From: a virus
Lineage: Duplodnaviria > Heunggongvirae > Uroviricota > Caudoviricetes
Virus record (IMG/VR): IMGVR_UViG_2541047827_000012
Direction: 5' to 3' (one strand)
Length of the DNA: 39,749 nucleotides
Shown here in pieces: positions 34,768-39,749 of this stretch. Under the pieces are notes generated by a model that saw only the letters and a program-made list of their open reading frames with translations, was not told the origin of the DNA and did not search any database. Every line of letters begins with the position of its first letter. Position 1 is the stretch's first letter. Both the position numbers and the translations under genes were made by a program.

Positions 34768-34920
34768 ATGCAGTGGAAAATCATCAACGGTTGGTACTGC
34801 GTTACTGCATGCGGATTCATGAGCTGGAAGTTCCGCACCTTACAGGAAGGCATTAAGTGGGCTTTCGTCAGCAAAGAAGCTCGCGATGTGGCAAACGATA
34901 ACGAGATATGGGAGGGCTGA
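34768..34920 (+). CDS. Small early ORF (50 aa), hypothetical; not in the supplied ORF track
   Basis: My own translation MQWKIINGWYCVTACGFMSWKFRTLQEGIKWAFVSKEARDVANDNEIWEG; SD GAGGT 7 nt upstream; stop 2 nt before the next start. Confidence 0.4.
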   Translation: MQWKIINGWYCVTACGFMSWKFRTLQEGIKWAFVSKEARDVANDNEIWEG

Positions 34921-34922
34921 TA

Positions 34923-35222
34923 ATGAACGTTAATCAGCAGAAAAATCTTCAAAAAATCATGCTGGCATTCGACAAGGACTACCGCCTGTCAGAACAGCTA
35001 TATGACCGACAAGTTGAACTGATTGAGAGTATCCGGCTTCATCAACTGACCTCAACTTTCGACGTTGTAACAGGCAAAGGCGTTCGTCAGGAAGTGCTGG
35101 AGGCTGCTAAAGACAGCCCTGAGTTCGAAGAACTGATGGATGCCTACCGGCGCGAGGCAATGGCAATTATCGCCCGCTGGGATCTGGCGGATCAGCTTGA
35201 TGGACAGAGGGACGCGGCATGA
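34923..35222 (+). CDS. Hypothetical early protein (99 aa)
   Basis: Start set at ATG 34923 with SD GGAGG; ATGA overlap with the exonuclease gene. Confidence 0.5.
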   Translation: MNVNQQKNLQKIMLAFDKDYRLSEQLYDRQVELIESIRLHQLTSTFDVVTGKGVRQEVLEAAKDSPEFEELMDAYRREAMAIIARWDLADQLDGQRDAA

Positions 35223-36040
35223 ATCCGGGAATTTATTTCGATATCAGCAACGAAGACTACCACGCCGGTGACGGCGTGAGTAAGTCGCAACTGGACATGG
35301 TTGCCAAGAATCCGGCGCTTCTTAAATGGGTTCAGGCAGCACCAGAAGACGAAGAGAAAAAGTCTGCACTGGATATGGGAACCGCATTGCACTGTCTGCT
35401 TCTGGAGCCTGGAGAGTTCGACAAACGCTTCATTGTTTCACCGAAATTCGATCGTCGGACGAAACAAGGTAAAGCTGACGAAGAGGCATTTCTTCGTGAT
35501 GTGGCGGATATGGGGATTACGGTACTTGATGCCGAGCAGTGGCGGAAACTGGAGTTGATGCGTGATAGCGCAATGGCTCATCCGGCGGCACGCTGGATGC
35601 TGGAAGCACCTGGTTACTGCGAAGCATCAATGTACTGGAACGATGAAGAGACGGGTGAGTTGTGCCGAATTCGTCCAGACAAATGGCTAAACGAGCACAA
35701 CGTGATCGTCGACGTGAAAAAGGTTGCAGATATGGACCGTTTTGCACGCCACATCGAGGAATTCCGCTACCACGTGCAGGACGCAATGTACCGCGAAGGC
35801 GCAATGAGGGTTACTGGTCAGCCACATGGTTTTTTCTTTCTTGCCGTGAGCGAAAGCATTGATTGTGGTCGGTATCCGGTACGCGTGTTCGGGCTGGATG
35901 CGCCAGATGTCGATGCCGGGCACGCTCTGTTCCGCCGGGATCTGAATACCTATCACGAATGCCGCATCAACGATGAATGGGGCGGCGTGGAAATTATTAA
36001 ACGCCCTGAGTGGGCACGCAAACAGGATATGTACGTATGA
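35219..36040 (+). CDS. RecE-like exonuclease (exodeoxyribonuclease VIII-like PD-(D/E)XK nuclease)
   Basis: 273 aa; directly upstream of and overlapping RecT; acidic/Lys catalytic-looking core (...VIVDVKKV...). Confidence 0.65.
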   Translation: MNPGIYFDISNEDYHAGDGVSKSQLDMVAKNPALLKWVQAAPEDEEKKSALDMGTALHCLLLEPGEFDKRFIVSPKFDRRTKQGKADEEAFLRDVADMGITVLDAEQWRKLELMRDSAMAHPAARWMLEAPGYCEASMYWNDEETGELCRIRPDKWLNEHNVIVDVKKVADMDRFARHIEEFRYHVQDAMYREGAMRVTGQPHGFFFLAVSESIDCGRYPVRVFGLDAPDVDAGHALFRRDLNTYHECRINDEWGGVEIIKRPEWARKQDMYV

Positions 36041-36954
36041 GCAACGAAATTGCAATCACCAATGATGTGTTGGCTATTCGGGGAATCGATGAAGTTACAT
36101 GGAGCGCTCTGAAAAACAGTATTTACCCTGGGGCAAAAGATGAATCGGTAATGATGGCAGTCGATTACTGCCGGGCGCGTCAACTCGATCCTCTTCTTAA
36201 GCCGGTACACCTGGTACCAATGAGTGTTAAAGACTCGAAGAGTGGAAAGAATGAATGGCGCGACGTGGTCATGCCTGGCATTGGACTTTATCGCATTCAG
36301 GCCTACCGTTCCGGCGATTACGCAGGCGCTAATGAACCTGAGTTCGGTCCAGATGTAACACAAACGCTTTCAGGCGTGGAGGTTACCTTCCCTCAGTGGT
36401 GTAAGTACACCGTCAGCAAGCGAATGGCAAGCGGGGAAATCGTAGAGTTTAGCGCCAAAGAATACTGGATTGAGAACTATGCAACTGGGGGGCGTGACAC
36501 ATCGGCACCAAATGCCATGTGGAAAAAGCGCCCTTATGCGCAGTTGGCAAAATGCGCAGAGGCACAGGCATTACGTAAAGCATGGCCGGAGATTGGTCAA
36601 CAAGCCACAGCTGAGGAAATGGAAGGTAAATATATCGACTCACCTGACATTATTGAACGTGACGTAACTCCAAGAAGTCAGGCAAAGCACGGCACAGCAT
36701 CCAGCATGAACAGTCTGATCAACGCTAAAACAGTGAAAAAGCCTGATGAGCAAACGCGTAAAGCGGATAGCCGTGATCCAGAAGAAATGCTGATGGCCTT
36801 TACCAGCGCAGCGATGAATTACAGCACTGTCTCCGAACTGGATAAGGCTTACAAATACATTGCACAAAAACTTTCAGATGATGACGAACTGCTGGCAAAA
36901 GCCACCGACGTTTACAGCGTTCGTCGGGAAGAATTAAACGAAACATCTATGTAA
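36037..36954 (+). CDS. recT: RecT-family single-strand annealing protein
   Basis: Start set at ATG 36037 (ATGA overlap with the exonuclease stop); conserved RecT-like central region; paired with the RecE-like nuclease. Confidence 0.75.
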   Translation: MSNEIAITNDVLAIRGIDEVTWSALKNSIYPGAKDESVMMAVDYCRARQLDPLLKPVHLVPMSVKDSKSGKNEWRDVVMPGIGLYRIQAYRSGDYAGANEPEFGPDVTQTLSGVEVTFPQWCKYTVSKRMASGEIVEFSAKEYWIENYATGGRDTSAPNAMWKKRPYAQLAKCAEAQALRKAWPEIGQQATAEEMEGKYIDSPDIIERDVTPRSQAKHGTASSMNSLINAKTVKKPDEQTRKADSRDPEEMLMAFTSAAMNYSTVSELDKAYKYIAQKLSDDDELLAKATDVYSVRREELNETSM

Positions 36955-37003
36955 CCACCACCGCGGCGCCACGCGCGCCGCACTGCAACCAAGAGAGGTA
37001 TTT

Positions 37004-37252
37004 ATGAAAGGTGCATTAGGTAAGAAGGAACTCCTGGCGGTGGTGCCACTGTCATGGAGCACTATCGACCGTATGGAGCGCGCAGGGGAATTTCCTAAAC
37101 GCTGGTATATCACCGATAAACGCTGCGCATGGAACCGTGATGAAGTTGAGCGTTGGCTTGATGAACGTCAGGCAGCAAGCCCGGCAGAGTTCCAGGGTAA
37201 AAAGCCTCCTGTTCAGCAACGTGTATATCGTCCCGTGAGCAACGCTGCATGA
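37004..37252 (+). CDS. AlpA/Xis-like HTH protein (putative excisionase or regulator)
   Basis: 82 aa; ...LAVVPLSWSTIDRMERAGEFPKRWYITDKRCAWNRDEVERWLDE... fits the AlpA-family winged-helix pattern usually associated with P4-type integrases. Confidence 0.65.
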   Translation: MKGALGKKELLAVVPLSWSTIDRMERAGEFPKRWYITDKRCAWNRDEVERWLDERQAASPAEFQGKKPPVQQRVYRPVSNAA

Positions 37253-37412
37253 GTGCGCTGCTAAGGCACTGGAGCAAATGGTCAGGATGGTACTTATTCC
37301 TGGCCTCTGTTTCAGCATGGCTTTATCTGCTGGCATTAATTTTCAGAGAGGGTTGGATTAAGTGAGAAAGTTAAGCCGACTTGAAAAATATCACATGAAT
37401 AAGGTTTCAATG

Positions 37413-37661
37413 CGCAGTCCGTCAAAGATTGTCGCCGTTACTCCTGCGGCGATAGAGATCGAAAAACGCGCGATTGAAAGAGAGAAAAAAGGGCAATTCC
37501 GCATTGCCGCTCACCTTTGGCTTCAGTGTATGGATGTTGCTTCTGGTGATGTTGAACGTGCAAGGATCGCGGTTCGCAGGGACCAATGTATCACAAAAGG
37601 TAACGGCCTTCGCCGTGGCGACTATAGCGGCATAGGATGTTGTGGGGTGGTTTATGACTAA
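37413..37661 (+). CDS. Hypothetical protein (about 82 aa)
   Basis: Start set at ATG 37413 (SD AAGG); the frame is open back to 37362 (GTG) and 37395 (ATG), both without RBS. Confidence 0.4.
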   Translation, partial: RSPSKIVAVTPAAIEIEKRAIEREKKGQFRIAAHLWLQCMDVASGDVERARIAVRRDQCITKGNGLRRGDYSGIGCCGVVYD

Positions 37662-38304
37662 GAAATACACACTAATCTATGCAGATCCACCCTGGGTATA
37701 CCGGGACAAAGCCGCAGATGGTAATCGCGGTGCCGGTTTTAAATATCCGGTTATGAGTGTGCTGGATATCTGCCGCCTTCCTGTATGGGATTTGGCCGAT
37801 GAAAACTGTCTGTTGGCCATGTGGTGGGTGCCAACACAACCACTCGAAGCACTAAAAGTTGTTGAAGCCTGGGGATTCCGTCTGATGACGATGAAGGGCT
37901 TCACGTGGATAAAATGTGGTAGTCGACAACCAGATAAACTGGTTATGGGTATGGGACACATGACTCGCGCCAATAGTGAAGATTGCCTGTTTGCGGTAAA
38001 GGGAAAACTACCTCCGCGCATTAATGCAGGGATCGTTCAGTCATTTACCGCACCGCGGCTTGAGCACTCAAGAAAACCAGATGTCGTTCGTGAAAAACTT
38101 GTGCAATTGTTAGGCGATGTTTCTCGCATTGAACTGTTCGCCCGCCAGTCGTCTCATGGCTTCGATGTTTGGGGTAATCAGTGTGAAGACCCGGCAGTGC
38201 AACTACACCCTGGATACGCGTTGGATATTGCCAGATTAACAAATGCATTCAGCAATGCTCCGCTGTCACCAACAGACAACCAGGGGCGGGAGCGTGCAGC
38301 ATGA
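37654..38304 (+). CDS. MT-A70 family DNA N6-adenine methyltransferase (orphan)
   Basis: Catalytic DPPW motif in MTKKYTLIYADPPWVY; start set at ATG 37654; no adjacent restriction endonuclease. Confidence 0.8.
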   Translation: MTKKYTLIYADPPWVYRDKAADGNRGAGFKYPVMSVLDICRLPVWDLADENCLLAMWWVPTQPLEALKVVEAWGFRLMTMKGFTWIKCGSRQPDKLVMGMGHMTRANSEDCLFAVKGKLPPRINAGIVQSFTAPRLEHSRKPDVVREKLVQLLGDVSRIELFARQSSHGFDVWGNQCEDPAVQLHPGYALDIARLTNAFSNAPLSPTDNQGRERAA

Positions 38305-38495
38305 ACCGGGCATCACCAGCAGATTTAAGGAAATGCCTTGAAACTGCAAACATGCTTGCACACAGCGGGATCAGGTTTGTTCCAATTCCCGCTGTCACCG
38401 ATGCTGAATTTGCAATGCTGTCAGCAATATTCGCAGACAAAATTGAATCACTGGCAGCAGAAGCCGAGATGGAAGAAAATCAGCAGAACTATTAA
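38301..38495 (+). CDS. Hypothetical small acidic protein (64 aa)
   Basis: ATGA overlap with the methyltransferase stop. Confidence 0.45.
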   Translation: MNRASPADLRKCLETANMLAHSGIRFVPIPAVTDAEFAMLSAIFADKIESLAAEAEMEENQQNY

Positions 38496-38498
38496 ACG

Positions 38499-39749
38499 TT
38501 ATTCCCCCGCCATCCACTTCTCAAACTTCGACGGGGAGAACGGAATCAGATCCGTATGCTCCCCGTTAATCCAGGAATCAATCATATCGGCCCACTGCTG
38601 CAACATGTAGGCGCGCTGTCTGGCGTATTCCGCTTTGTTATATACGGCGCGCACACCTTTCTGCTCATGTGCCAGAGCCTTTTCAATCCAGTCTGAAGGA
38701 TAACCAGCCTCATGCAACAACGTACTGGCTGTACGGCGCATATCGTGTACGGTGAAGTCCTGAATATGCTCACCATCTTCATTTATTATTTTCACCGTTC
38801 TGTCGATCAGAGAGTTCAGCGCGGCATTAGATAATGGCTTCCGGAAATTGTAACGACCAGGAACCAGATATTCACTTCCACCAGCGCACATCTGCAACCC
38901 GACCAATATATCCTGTGCCTGTTTAGGCAGGTAAATAACGTGCGCCCGGCTTCCCTTCATGCGGTCTGAAGGAATTGTCCATGTCCATTTTTTAAAATCT
39001 ATTTCATCCCACGTTGCATTGGTGAATTCGCCTTTACGAACCATAGTGATAAGCACCAGCTTTAAAGCCATTTTCATAGTGCCCATAGCACCAATGGCAT
39101 CCAGCGTGCGGAAGAACAGGCCAATTTCTTCTGGTGTCAGTGTTCGCTCTCGTGGTTTAAATATGGCGATAGACGAAGGTTTAATGTCAGCCGCAGGATT
39201 AAACAAACCATGACCACGGTCATTGGCGTGACGGTATACGCTGCTGATGATCTCCCTGGCCTGTACTGCTGTTGCCCGACCACCGCGTTCGACAATCCGG
39301 TCACACAAATCACGAACCATCGATGTGGTAATTTCAGCCATCATTTTGTTGCCAAGAACCGGAAGTATGTCACGGTCGATCACCGCCTGCTTCATTGCGC
39401 GGGTACTGTCAGCCAAGATGACGTGTTTCATATAACTGTCGGTATGTACCGCAAACGTCTCGGCACCACGAATCTTTTTGATACCGTCACGTTTAGCCGC
39501 AGCCGGCGACTGGCCTGCTTTAAGCAGCTTCTTTGCAGCAATCAGTTCTTCTCGCGCTTCTGCCAGGCTGATACCGTCACGCCCATACTGCCCGATTACC
39601 AATGTTTCGCGGCGACCGTTGATACGGTAGTCATAGCGAAACGAGACCGTGCCTGACGTAAGCACAGCTACATACAGCCCGTCACGATCGGAGACCTTGT
39701 ACAGTTTGTCCTGCGGCTTGAGGTTTTTTAATTTTGTATCGGTAAGCAC
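38499..39749 (-). CDS. int: Tyrosine integrase, P4-like; N-terminus at or just beyond the window edge
   Basis: N-terminal LTDTKLKNLKP arm-binding motif; C-terminal catalytic residues (HDMRRT...AHE...VRAVYNKAEY); the ORF is open to the last base, so the first codon(s) may lie outside. Confidence 0.85.
   Translation of the reverse strand: MLTDTKLKNLKPQDKLYKVSDRDGLYVAVLTSGTVSFRYDYRINGRRETLVIGQYGRDGISLAEAREELIAAKKLLKAGQSPAAAKRDGIKKIRGAETFAVHTDSYMKHVILADSTRAMKQAVIDRDILPVLGNKMMAEITTSMVRDLCDRIVERGGRATAVQAREIISSVYRHANDRGHGLFNPAADIKPSSIAIFKPRERTLTPEEIGLFFRTLDAIGAMGTMKMALKLVLITMVRKGEFTNATWDEIDFKKWTWTIPSDRMKGSRAHVIYLPKQAQDILVGLQMCAGGSEYLVPGRYNFRKPLSNAALNSLIDRTVKIINEDGEHIQDFTVHDMRRTASTLLHEAGYPSDWIEKALAHEQKGVRAVYNKAEYARQRAYMLQQWADMIDSWINGEHTDLIPFSPSKFEKWMAGE

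Noticed and set aside
36955-37003. GC-rich hairpin (GCGGCGC-cacgc-GCGCCGC) after recT as a terminator
   Set aside because: No downstream U-run, so not a canonical intrinsic terminator; possibly an attenuator, but unsupported.
1-39749. CRISPR array, reverse transcriptase/retron, or a recognisable named defence system or toxin-antitoxin pair
   Set aside because: No spaced direct-repeat array and no ORF with RT, nuclease-NTPase or other defence-system hallmark motifs was recognised; only candidates of unknown function remain.

Overview
The window is almost entirely one temperate podovirus-like prophage (about 1859 to the right edge at 39749), flanked on the left by two host genes and an IS200 copy. 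All calls are from reading the sequence and the ORF track; no database search was run, so family names are recognition-based inferences. Reading the minus strand from the right end, the order is: P4-type tyrosine integrase (runs to the window edge); a plus-strand early operon (MT-A70 methyltransferase, AlpA/Xis-like, RecT, RecE-like exonuclease); an immunity region with a double-HTH repressor that lacks an S24 peptidase domain, a divergent Cro-like gene, and lambda O-like and P-like replication genes with iterons inside the O-like gene; a nin-like block; TerS and TerL; an inverted tRNA-Arg(UCU) plus gp49-like moron; portal, scaffold, capsid; T7 gp11/gp12-like tail tube proteins; five internal virion proteins; a plus-strand accessory block with a LexA box, a Bro-N antirepressor, a truncated paralog of it and a membrane-protein operon; a mosaic tailspike; and a lysis cassette (holin candidates, GH19 endolysin, Rz with embedded Rz1). 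This architecture, the GH19 endolysin and IS200 suggest an epsilon15-like prophage in a Salmonella-like host (inference). The most notable signals are: (1) a 15-bp palindrome TTACC-N5-GGTAA found 9 times perfectly and 3 times imperfectly, only in intergenic or promoter regions, clustered around the repressor gene and also at the antirepressor, head-operon and replication-region promoters; (2) a consensus LexA box in front of a truncated antirepressor paralog, pointing to SOS induction through an antirepressor; (3) a 12-bp palindrome GTGACATGTCAC present three times, each just upstream of an intrinsic terminator at the end of a different transcription unit; (4) an AT-rich two-gene operon (69-aa protein plus 288-aa membrane protein) of unknown function, the best candidate here for an undescribed exclusion or defence function. 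No CRISPR array, reverse transcriptase or recognisable named defence system was seen.
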